Shown in pieces: positions 56,521 through 64,000 of a DNA stretch of 64,000 nucleotides. The notes below the pieces were generated by a model. That model worked only from the letters and a program-made list of their open reading frames with translations. It had not been told where the DNA came from and did no database searches. Where the stretch lies: positions 68,719 to 132,718 of the forward strand of contig CAITKP010000063.1 of the NCBI GenBank assembly GCA_903892995.1. The letters are read 5' to 3'. Numbering within the stretch: position 1 is the stretch's first letter; each line of letters starts with the position of its first letter. Source of the DNA: an uncultured Campylobacterales bacterium. Lineage in GTDB: Bacteria; Campylobacterota; Campylobacteria; Campylobacterales; Sulfurimonadaceae. The translations under genes and the position numbers were made by a program.

Positions 56521-57204
56521 TCAATAGAGAGTTGGAATATCTTTATAGCGCTTTTTTGCCTCTTGTAGGTACTCTTTTGTGATCTGTATAAAGAGAGGTT
56601 TTTTATCTGCATCAAGCCAATTTAGAATTTTATTTAAATCTTCATAAGCCATAGAAGTGCATCCTGCTGTGGGATGGTTGAGCTCTTTTTGTACATGTAA
56701 GAAGATACATGAGCCTCTTTGTTTAATTTTTGAAGGATTATAAGCTATCACTATTCCTAAGCGGTATTGACTATCATCGCGGTGCATATACTCAAAGCTT
56801 TTGGGAATTATCTGCGGTATTTTTACAATGTTATTGTAAAGCGAAGAGTTGATATCATCGACACATATATCTTCCAAGCTACTTTTTAAATAGGGAAGAG
56901 AAAATTGATGATCCTCATATCCAAAACTTGAAATGAGAGGAAAAACTCCTGCAGGAGATTTTCCATCTCCCTCTTTTTTTATTGGTTGGGGAGTTACATG
57001 TAAGAATATATTATCTTCGCCATCCCATGCGAGACCATTTCTTCCAAGGTTGACATCAATATTGGAAAAAACTGCCCGTCCATCTTCTAAACAAAACATT
57101 TTTGCTTTTGTAGTATTGAAATCATCGCTCAGCACCAAAACAATCTGATTTGCGTATAAAAAACCCTCAGCAAAAGCGAATAAAATTAAGAAAACTTTTA
57201 TCAT
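56521..57204 (-). CDS. L,D-transpeptidase (YkuD) catalytic-domain protein, secreted
   Basis: Signal peptide, then GSCIFLHVQKELNHPTAGCTSM, which matches the His...Gly-Cys active-site arrangement of YkuD-fold enzymes. Confidence 0.6.
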   Translation of the reverse strand: MIKVFLILFAFAEGFLYANQIVLVLSDDFNTTKAKMFCLEDGRAVFSNIDVNLGRNGLAWDGEDNIFLHVTPQPIKKEGDGKSPAGVFPLISSFGYEDHQFSLPYLKSSLEDICVDDINSSLYNNIVKIPQIIPKSFEYMHRDDSQYRLGIVIAYNPSKIKQRGSCIFLHVQKELNHPTAGCTSMAYEDLNKILNWLDADKKPLFIQITKEYLQEAKKRYKDIPTLY

Positions 57205-57251
57205 AAAATATGATACTATTAGTAAGATTTAAATAATATAAAGTGTGACTA

Positions 57252-57878
57252 ATGAAAAAAATTGACGTGAGAAAAGCCACTCCTGTTGATTCGAAATTTT
57301 TAGCTTCATGTATGTTAAAGAGTTCGAGAGCTGGAAAAAGTGTAGGAATATTTGATCTCATTTTTGAACAAAATGATGATGAGCGGCTATTGGGTGTGCT
57401 TGAAGAGTTGATCACATCCCAGATAAAGACATATTGTCATTACTCTAACTTTTTGATTGCAGATATCGATGCACAGAGTGTTGGAACACTGTGTAACTAT
57501 GAGCCTAGAATAGCCACTTCTGAGATGCTTGCTAAAGCCTTAGAACCATTTGGCGTGAGAGAAAAATATGAAGAATACTCTTCTTTGGTTTCACTTTGTT
57601 CATTTGAAACAGATAAACGGACTTGGATGCTTGATTTTTTAGTTGAAAAAGATGGTTATAGTGATCTGCTTATTGTAAGAGAGTTGCTGAAAAAAAGTTT
57701 GCTCACAGCAACTTTAAAAGGCTACCGCATCATTCATACTATGGTTGAAATAGGCTCTGCTGATATTTTGCTTATGTACAAAAAATTAGGCTTTAAAGTG
57801 ATCGATGAAAAAAAATGTGAAGTTTTTAAAGAGAATTTTGGCCGCAGTGGCATAGCGCTTTTAGAGTTACATCTTTAA
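57252..57878 (+). CDS. Hypothetical protein, possible GNAT-family acetyltransferase
   Basis: 208 aa. The C-terminal ...HTMVEIGSADILLMYKKLGFKVIDE resembles the end of the GNAT fold. I saw no clear Q/RxxGxG motif. Confidence 0.4.
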   Translation: MKKIDVRKATPVDSKFLASCMLKSSRAGKSVGIFDLIFEQNDDERLLGVLEELITSQIKTYCHYSNFLIADIDAQSVGTLCNYEPRIATSEMLAKALEPFGVREKYEEYSSLVSLCSFETDKRTWMLDFLVEKDGYSDLLIVRELLKKSLLTATLKGYRIIHTMVEIGSADILLMYKKLGFKVIDEKKCEVFKENFGRSGIALLELHL

Positions 57879-57918
57879 TATTTTTCGCATACTTTTTCCT
57901 TAATATCCTCCTCGAAAA

Positions 57919-57956
57919 AGCTCCCCATATTCCTCTTTGGGGAGCTGTTTTTTTTA
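57919..57956 (+). terminator. Rho-independent terminator after the GNAT-like gene
   Basis: AGCTCCCC-atattcctcttt-GGGGAGCT is an 8-bp GC-rich stem followed by gTTTTTTTT. Confidence 0.8.
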
Positions 57957-58095
57957 TCTCTTATGTATTACAAATAGTAACACTATGAATACTTTTATTT
58001 CATATAAGAAGTGCACATATAAAAAAATTTGTGAATCTCATTTACCATTTTTTCCTTTTCTTGGTCTATTTTATTGAAATTTTTTTATTCTATTT

Positions 58096-58109
58096 GCTTA
58101 CATGTAAGC
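58096..58109. repeat. Full 14-bp palindrome GCTTACATGTAAGC in the long icd upstream region
   Basis: Exact 14-mer, about 170 bp upstream of the icd ATG. Confidence 0.9.
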
Positions 58110-58276
58110 AGTTTAAACCGTTTTTATGGGTATTTATGTAACATTATAAAAAGCTAATTGTTACATTTATTCTCATTATTACTCTATTGTACTGAGATTG
58201 AAAGCTATTTTTTAGTTGAAAGATAAATCTATGATAAGATACTCCAATTTTAAAAATCTGATTTAGGAGTCACTAC

Positions 58277-60484
58277 ATGGCACAATCAAACCCAACTATA
58301 ATCTGGTCTGTAATAGATGAAGCTCCGGCTTTAGCTACTTATTCATTATTACCAATCGTTAAAGCTTTCGTTAAAGCTGCTGGTGTAGATGTTGAACCAA
58401 GAGATATCTCTCTTGCTGGAAGAATTATTGCTAACTTCCCTGACAATTTGACTGCTGAACAAAAAATTGCTGATGAACTTGCATACTTAGGTGAAGTGGC
58501 AACACAACCTGAGGGCAATATCATCAAACTACCAAATATCTCTGCTTCAATTCCTCAATTAAAAGAGGCAATCGCTGAGCTTCAGTCTCAAGGTTATGAT
58601 ATCCCTTCGTATCCTGAAGATCCACAAACTGATGCTGAAAAAGCACTAAAAGAAAGATTTTCTGCATGTTTAGGTTCTGCTGTTAATCCAGTGCTTCGTG
58701 AAGGAAACTCTGACAGACGTGCGGCAGTTGCTGTTAAAAACTTTGCTAAGAAAAATCCTCATAAACTTCGTGCATGGGATGAGGGTTCAAAAACTCGTGT
58801 TGCTCACATGAGTGAGGGTGACTTTTATGCAAATGAAAAATCTGTTATCAAAAATGGTGATGGAAAAGTAACAATTGCGTTAAATGGCAAAGTTTTAAAA
58901 GAGATCAATGCAGTTGATAAAGAGGTTTTAGATGCAACGTTTATGAGTGCAAAAGCACTTCGTTCTTTCTTAGCTGAGTCTATTGCAGAAGCAAAAGAGA
59001 AAAATATTCTTTGGTCTATTCACTTAAAAGCAACTATGATGAAAGTTTCTGATCCGATTATGTTCGGTCACGCTGTTTGTGTATTTTTTGAAGATGTGTT
59101 TGCAAAATTTGCAGATGATTTCAAAGCGATCGGTGTAAATCCAAACTTAGGTCTTGGTGATCTTTACAAAAAAATGGCAAAACTTCCAGCTGATAAACAA
59201 CAAGAGATCAATGATGCTATGTCTGCAGTTTACGCTAAGCAACCTGCAATGGCAATGGTTGATTCAGATAAAGGGATCACAAACCTACACGCTTCAAACG
59301 ATATTATCATCGATGCTTCACTTCCAGTTGTTGTACGTGATGGCGGTAAAATGTGGAATCCAGCAGGAAAAGTTGAACAGTGTGTTGTAACTATTCCGGA
59401 TCGTTGTTATGCGACAATGTACTCAGAAATCGTTGAAGATTGTAAAGCAAATGGTCAATTTGATGTAACAACAATGGGTTCTGTATCTAATGTTGGTTTG
59501 ATGGCGCAAAAAGCTGAAGAGTATGGTTCTCACCCAACTACATTTGAAATCGAAGAAAATGGCGTTGTAACTGTAACCGATGCTAGTGGTGAACTTATGA
59601 GCTTCAATGTAGAAAAAGGCGATATCTGGAGAATGTCTCGTGCAAAAGATATTCCGATTAAAGATTGGATCCGTCTTGCAGTTGAGCGTGCTGAGATCGA
59701 AAACGTGCCAGTTGTTTTCTGGTTAGATGAAAATCGTGCTCACGATGCAAAAATCATTGAAAAAGTAAAAGCATACCTTCCAGAATTCAACAAATCTGGT
59801 ATCGAGTATCACATTTTAGCTCCTGAAAAAGCGATGGCATTCTCACTTAAACGTGTACGTGCAGGATTAAACACTATCTCTGCAACGGGTAACGTTTTAC
59901 GTGATTACCTCACTGACCTTTTCCCAATCTTGGAGCTTGGAACATCTGCAAAAATGCTTTCAATCGTTCCACTTTTAGCTGGTGGCGGTTTATTTGAAAC
60001 AGGTGCTGGTGGATCTGCTCCTAAACACGTTGACCAATTCTTAGAAGAGGGTCACCTTCGTTGGGATTCTTTGGGTGAGTTCTTGGCACTTGCTGAGTCA
60101 CTAAGATTTATCGCTAAAAAGCACAATTCTGCTGCGCTTGAAGCGGTAACAGAAGCACTTGATGTTGCAAATGCTGGTTACTTGGATAATGACAAATCAC
60201 CATCACGTAAAGCTGGTGAGCCAGATAACAAAGCAAGTCACTTTTTCGTTGCTCAGTACTGGGCAGATGCTTTAGCAAACCAAACAAAAGATGCTGCAAT
60301 CGCTGCAAAATTTGCTCCAGTTGCTGCGGCACTTAAAGAGAATGAAGCTAAGATCATGGAAGAGTTACTTTCAGTAGAAGGTAAGGCACAAGATATCGGT
60401 GGATACTACCACCCAGATAATGCAAAAGCAACAGCTGCAATGCGTCCATCTGCAACACTAAACGCGATTATTGATTCTATATAA
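58277..60484 (+). CDS. icd: Monomeric NADP-dependent isocitrate dehydrogenase
   Basis: 735 aa. The N-terminus [21 protein letters not shown] and overall length are typical of the monomeric IDH family (as in C. jejuni and Azotobacter). Confidence 0.9.
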   Translation: MAQSNPTIIWSVIDEAPALATYSLLPIVKAFVKAAGVDVEPRDISLAGRIIANFPDNLTAEQKIADELAYLGEVATQPEGNIIKLPNISASIPQLKEAIAELQSQGYDIPSYPEDPQTDAEKALKERFSACLGSAVNPVLREGNSDRRAAVAVKNFAKKNPHKLRAWDEGSKTRVAHMSEGDFYANEKSVIKNGDGKVTIALNGKVLKEINAVDKEVLDATFMSAKALRSFLAESIAEAKEKNILWSIHLKATMMKVSDPIMFGHAVCVFFEDVFAKFADDFKAIGVNPNLGLGDLYKKMAKLPADKQQEINDAMSAVYAKQPAMAMVDSDKGITNLHASNDIIIDASLPVVVRDGGKMWNPAGKVEQCVVTIPDRCYATMYSEIVEDCKANGQFDVTTMGSVSNVGLMAQKAEEYGSHPTTFEIEENGVVTVTDASGELMSFNVEKGDIWRMSRAKDIPIKDWIRLAVERAEIENVPVVFWLDENRAHDAKIIEKVKAYLPEFNKSGIEYHILAPEKAMAFSLKRVRAGLNTISATGNVLRDYLTDLFPILELGTSAKMLSIVPLLAGGGLFETGAGGSAPKHVDQFLEEGHLRWDSLGEFLALAESLRFIAKKHNSAALEAVTEALDVANAGYLDNDKSPSRKAGEPDNKASHFFVAQYWADALANQTKDAAIAAKFAPVAAALKENEAKIMEELLSVEGKAQDIGGYYHPDNAKATAAMRPSATLNAIIDSI

Positions 60485-60520
60485 TTTTTAATAGAATCAG
60501 CGCTTAAAACTCTTTTACTG

Positions 60521-60567
60521 CCTTACATGTAAGCCTTTATTCCTTACATGTAAGCAGTTCTTTTTTA
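60521..60567 (+). terminator. icd terminator built from a tandem pair of the palindrome
   Basis: CCTTACATGTAAGC-ctttatt-CCTTACATGTAAGC, with mutually complementary copies, followed by agttcTTTTTT. Confidence 0.7.
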
Positions 60568-60637
60568 TCCCTTCTAAAATGTTTTCTTTTCTTACACCCT
60601 ATTAAGAGCTTATTAACGCAATAGTGTTTAAAATGTG

Positions 60638-60650
60638 CCCTACATGTAAA
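60638..60650. repeat. Near-consensus palindrome copy CCCTACATGTAAA upstream of the FIST gene
   Basis: Lies 27 nt upstream of ATG 60677, just before the ggtataAGGAG RBS region. Confidence 0.8.
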
Positions 60651-60676
60651 ATACCTTTTTGGTATAAGGAGCAAAG

Positions 60677-61804
60677 ATGCAAACAGAGACTTTGGCGTAT
60701 AACAATGGTGCTTGGAAAACAAATGATAATATTTCAGATAAAGATTCGGTTGATTTAGTTACTGTTTTTGGTGAGACTGAAGAGTTTGTTCAAGGAAAGC
60801 ATTATGATTATTTACGAGAGCGTTATCCAAAGGCTCACATTGTAGGTTGCTCATCCTCTGGAAATATTTTAGGCGCAGAGATCAGTGAAAGTAGTATGGT
60901 CGCTACGGCTGTTAGTTTTGAGAGTGCTAAAGTAGTGCTTAAAAGTATCGTTTTTGAGATAGGTGATGATATTAAAACTGTTTCTGAAAATCTTGCCAGC
61001 GAGATTGAAAAAGAGGGACTAAAACATCTTTTTTTATTGACTGATGGACTTAATCTCAATGGATCTGAACTAGCCAAAGGGTTCAATGAAGTGATGGACG
61101 TTCCAAAAACAGGTGGATTGGCTGGAGATGGAGCACGTTTTGAGCAAACTTGGGTTATTGCTGATGGATATGCACAACAAAAAATGATAGCAGCGCTTGG
61201 ATTTTATGGTGATTCTTTAATGATAGGAACTGGCTGTTATGGTGGTTGGAGTGAATTTGGGACTTTTAAAGAGATAACAAAATCTTCTGCCAATATACTT
61301 TTTGAACTAGATGGCAGACCTGCACTTGATCTGTACAAAGAGTATCTTGGTGAGTACGCAAGCGATCTCCCAAACAGTGGTTTACGCTTTCCTTTGAGTG
61401 TACGAAAAGATGAAAACTCTCCAGAAATTATTAGAACCTTGCTTGGGATCAATGAAGAGGATAAGTCAATTATCTTTGCAGGCAATGTTCCAGAGGGATA
61501 TACAGCGCGCTTGATGAAGCCAAATATCGATCTTCTTATCGAGGGAGCTGGTCATGCTGCTGAGATAGCAAAGATGCAAAATGATAAAAGTGCTTTTGGA
61601 CTTGTTGTTAGTTGTGTCGGTAGAAAGCTTGTTATGAGTCAGCTTGTAGATGAAGAGCTTGAAGCCGTTGCTGAGGAGTTGGGAGAAAATGTACAACTCA
61701 GCGGATTTTATTCTTATGGTGAGATCGCTCCTTTTTGTGATGACTTGAAAAATTGTGAACTGCATAATCAGACGATGACGTTAACGGTTATATACGAAAA
61801 ATAG
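60677..61804 (+). CDS. FIST (N+C) domain signal-sensing protein
   Basis: 375 aa. The GCSSSGNI..., GGLAGDG and ...GFYSYGEIAP pattern matches what I remember of FIST_N/FIST_C proteins. It is directly coupled to a histidine kinase. Confidence 0.6.
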   Translation: MQTETLAYNNGAWKTNDNISDKDSVDLVTVFGETEEFVQGKHYDYLRERYPKAHIVGCSSSGNILGAEISESSMVATAVSFESAKVVLKSIVFEIGDDIKTVSENLASEIEKEGLKHLFLLTDGLNLNGSELAKGFNEVMDVPKTGGLAGDGARFEQTWVIADGYAQQKMIAALGFYGDSLMIGTGCYGGWSEFGTFKEITKSSANILFELDGRPALDLYKEYLGEYASDLPNSGLRFPLSVRKDENSPEIIRTLLGINEEDKSIIFAGNVPEGYTARLMKPNIDLLIEGAGHAAEIAKMQNDKSAFGLVVSCVGRKLVMSQLVDEELEAVAEELGENVQLSGFYSYGEIAPFCDDLKNCELHNQTMTLTVIYEK

Positions 61805-63160
61805 ATGCATAGATTACTCACAAGACAGCTCAAGCGATATTTTGGTAAAGAGTTCGAGCTTGAAACACTCGATACGAATATGCAACAATTTATCCTCAAT
61901 GTCGCAGATACTTATGAGGAGTATGATAAAGAGAAAAGATTGATGGAAAATACCGTAGATCTTAACTCTAAAGAGCTCAATGAAGCCAATAAACTCATAG
62001 AGCAAAAAAATAAAAATCTAAGTAAACTCCTTGATGAAAGATCGTATCTTTTAGCCAATAGAATCGAAGAAAATCAAGAGATAGAAACGACTCTCAAACA
62101 GTATAAACAGGCGATGGACGCTACTCTTTTAATCTATAAATTTGATCATAACGGAGATATTACCTTTGTTAATGAAAATCTTTGTCAAAGAAGTGAGTAT
62201 TTACAAGAGGAACTCATCGGAGAAAATTGTACTTTCTTGAACCCTTCACAAGATAGGGAACTCTTAACAAAAGAGTTGAAACAACAACTTTTTGCTGGAC
62301 AGATTTATAAAGATCAGATGACAAATCTGGCAAAAAATGGTGAGATCTATTATGTAAATGCCGTTATTTTTCCTTTGATGGACAAAAAGGGAAATATCAT
62401 AGAGTTTATGGGTATTTTGCAAGATATCACAGAGATAGAAAAATCTCGACTTCAAGCACAAGAGTTGGAAAAAGCAAAATCGAAATTTTTAGCAAATATG
62501 AGTCATGAACTTCGCACTCCACTCAATGCGATTATCGGCTTTTCACAGATTTTAAAAGTCAATGGAGAGTTGCCAGATCGCACGCGGGGATTTATTGAAA
62601 AGATCAATAGTTCAGGAGAACATCTTTTAAAACTCATCAACTCTATTTTAGATTTTTCCAAAATAGAATCAGGACAAGTTGAGCTTGAAAAGATAGAGTT
62701 TAGCTTGGATGATCTTGTGAAAAGTGCTGTTGATCAAGTGGAAACAAAGATTAAAGAAAAGGGTCTTTCTCTTAATTTAGAGTATGCACCATTGATGGAA
62801 AAAATATTTTATGGGGATAGATTTAAAATCGCACAGATTATTATCAATCTTCTTTCAAACTCTGTAAAATTTACTTCTGAGGGAAGTATTGCATTGCATA
62901 TTCAAAAAGCTGATGTGGATGGAATGATACGATTTGAAATATGTGATACAGGAATCGGTTTAAATAAGGAACAGCAAGAAAAACTTTTTAAAGCATTTAC
63001 ACAAGCGCATGAGAGTACAACAAGATTGTATGGTGGAACAGGGCTTGGCTTAACCATCTCTAAACAGTTGGTAGAACTTATGAATGGTAAAATATGGATA
63101 GAGAGTGAGCTTGGAGTTGGAAGTAAGTTTATCTTTGAGATAGAGCTTCAAGAACTATAA
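61805..63160 (+). CDS. Cytoplasmic PAS-domain sensor histidine kinase
   Basis: H-box SHELRTPLNAI, N-box LLSNSVKFT, G1 DTGIGL and G2 GGTGLGLTISK. A PAS-like region (ITFVNENLCQRSEY...) lies upstream. There is no TM helix. The ATG abuts the FIST stop (TAGATG). Confidence 0.9.
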   Translation: MHRLLTRQLKRYFGKEFELETLDTNMQQFILNVADTYEEYDKEKRLMENTVDLNSKELNEANKLIEQKNKNLSKLLDERSYLLANRIEENQEIETTLKQYKQAMDATLLIYKFDHNGDITFVNENLCQRSEYLQEELIGENCTFLNPSQDRELLTKELKQQLFAGQIYKDQMTNLAKNGEIYYVNAVIFPLMDKKGNIIEFMGILQDITEIEKSRLQAQELEKAKSKFLANMSHELRTPLNAIIGFSQILKVNGELPDRTRGFIEKINSSGEHLLKLINSILDFSKIESGQVELEKIEFSLDDLVKSAVDQVETKIKEKGLSLNLEYAPLMEKIFYGDRFKIAQIIINLLSNSVKFTSEGSIALHIQKADVDGMIRFEICDTGIGLNKEQQEKLFKAFTQAHESTTRLYGGTGLGLTISKQLVELMNGKIWIESELGVGSKFIFEIELQEL

Positions 63161-63173
63161 TGCCCAAAGACAC

Positions 63174-63199
63174 GTTACATGTAAGGCTTACATGTAAGC
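63174..63199. terminator. Abutting pair of palindromes between convergent histidine kinase and DedA genes
   Basis: GTTACATGTAAG directly followed by GCTTACATGTAAGC, with T-rich sequence on the + side (gtattttcttttc). Confidence 0.55.
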
Positions 63200-63210
63200 G
63201 TATTTTCTTT

Positions 63211-63777
63211 TCATTTTACTTTTTTCTTTGTTACCATCGACATATAAAACCATAACGCTGCTATAATCCCACCGATAATGATAATGGCAATATAGGGTTT
63301 TGCAATGACAAGATTGTAAAGCTTGACAATCGCTCCACCAAAATAAAAACTTCCAAATCCTACAACAGCCGTCCAAACAATACCCGAGAGAATGTTGAGA
63401 ATTGTAAACTTTTTGAGATCATATTTTGTCATCGCAATGGCGATTGGGATGAGTGTTTTGATCCCATAGATAAACTTTTGAATCAGTATAATCCAAGAGC
63501 CATATTTTTTCATCATAATATGTGCAAGTGCGAGTTTTCGGCGATGTTTCTTTAAGTAGCCATGCATCTCTGCTTTTTGGTTACGTGCAACATAAAAGAG
63601 AAGATTTTCTCCGATAACATTTGCAGAAAATGCGATAATCATAGAGGTTGCTAAATCCATTTTCCCCATATAAGAGAGCACGGCCGCTGCCATAAGTGCG
63701 ACAAATCCTCCACCAAGTGAGTATAAAAAAAGTCCTATATATCCGTAAGTTGTTATATTGCTTAACATATCTTCCAT
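63211..63777 (-). CDS. DedA-family membrane protein (second paralogue in window)
   Basis: 188 aa with GYIGLFLYSLGGGF... and KFIYGIKTLIPIAIAM (DedA-type re-entrant region) and 4-5 hydrophobic helices. Confidence 0.7.
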   Translation of the reverse strand: MEDMLSNITTYGYIGLFLYSLGGGFVALMAAAVLSYMGKMDLATSMIIAFSANVIGENLLFYVARNQKAEMHGYLKKHRRKLALAHIMMKKYGSWIILIQKFIYGIKTLIPIAIAMTKYDLKKFTILNILSGIVWTAVVGFGSFYFGGAIVKLYNLVIAKPYIAIIIIGGIIAALWFYMSMVTKKKVK

Positions 63778-63784
63778 CGTTTTT

Positions 63785-63799
63785 CCTTTACATGTAAGT
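63785..63799. repeat. Palindrome copy CCTTTACATGTAAGT upstream of the DedA gene and downstream of uvrB
   Basis: Exact TTACATGTAA core, immediately followed by the small hairpin TGCCC-ttt-GGGCA. Confidence 0.9.
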
Positions 63800-63818
63800 G
63801 CCCTTTGGGCATAAAATT

Positions 63819-64000
63819 TTAAAGTTTTTTTATCTTTGTTATCTCATCACGAAGCCGAGCAGCTTCTTCAAACTCCAACTCACGCGCTGCTTTTTTCATA
63901 CGTTCTGTGAGATCTTGGATGATTTTTTTGCGTTCAGCGGGTGGAATCTTATCGAGTTTTTTTTGTTTTTCATAGAGCGCTCCATGATCCTCAAGGCGAA
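63819..64000 (-). CDS. uvrB: Excinuclease ABC subunit B, C-terminal end (partial; continues beyond the window)
   Basis: The reverse-strand translation ends ...[40 protein letters not shown], a UVR domain at the extreme C-terminus as in UvrB. It is not in the ORF track because it is partial. Confidence 0.65.
   Translation of the reverse strand, partial: RLEDHGALYEKQKKLDKIPPAERKKIIQDLTERMKKAARELEFEEAARLRDEITKIKKL

Noticed and set aside
2455-63799. The idea that the CTTACATGTAAG copies are ends of an IS or MITE, a CRISPR-like array, or a restriction-site signature.
   Set aside because: I saw no transposase, target-site duplications or regular spacing. Most copies are in frame inside conserved genes. 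Restriction targets are normally depleted, not about 100-fold enriched.
1-64000. Search for tRNA, rRNA, tmRNA, CRISPR repeats, integrases, toxin-antitoxin pairs or known defence-system genes.
   Set aside because: I recognised none. All spacers longer than 100 bp were read on both strands, and none has a cloverleaf-type GC-rich structure or regularly spaced direct repeats.

Overview
This is a densely coding core-chromosome segment of about 62 CDS from a Campylobacterota (epsilonproteobacterial) genome, roughly 60% A+T by eye. I found no rRNA, tRNA, CRISPR array, transposase, integrase or recognisable defence genes. Left to right it holds three prepilin-like genes (cut at the left edge), hpf, recG, an M16 pseudo-peptidase, a futalosine-pathway radical-SAM gene, nusB-ribH-kdsA, an EamA transporter, a DjlA-like J-protein, two LPP20-like lipoproteins, der, an aldo/keto reductase, nfo and a FadL / acyl-CoA ligase / AAA+ operon. 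Next comes a 14-gene complex I operon (nuoA-N) in which NuoE/F are replaced and NuoG is duplicated, followed by pflA. The right part holds miaA, a UbiA prenyltransferase, ftsW-murG, DedA, bcp, an outer-membrane barrel, rpsB-tsf-ABC-fliR-acidic protein-gmk-tatA-argS, flaC, an L,D-transpeptidase-like gene, monomeric icd, a FIST plus PAS histidine-kinase pair, a second DedA and the 3' end of uvrB. Two blocks (nuoN-pflA and rpsB...argS) match the gene order I remember from Campylobacter jejuni. The strongest unexplained signal is at the DNA level: a 12-14 bp perfect palindrome, (G)CTTACATGTAAG(C). I count at least 24 exact TTACATGTAA cores plus about 13 near copies, against about 0.2 expected. They lie inside ordinary genes, almost always read as Leu-His-Val, and in spacers, often as tandem pairs that form terminator hairpins. 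This resembles a DNA-uptake-sequence or HIP1-type genome-wide iterated motif, and I do not recognise it as a described one. The second point of interest is the non-canonical electron-input module of complex I: a Cys-free 74-aa protein, a NuoF-C-terminal/GltD-type flavoprotein chimera, and two NuoG paralogues.
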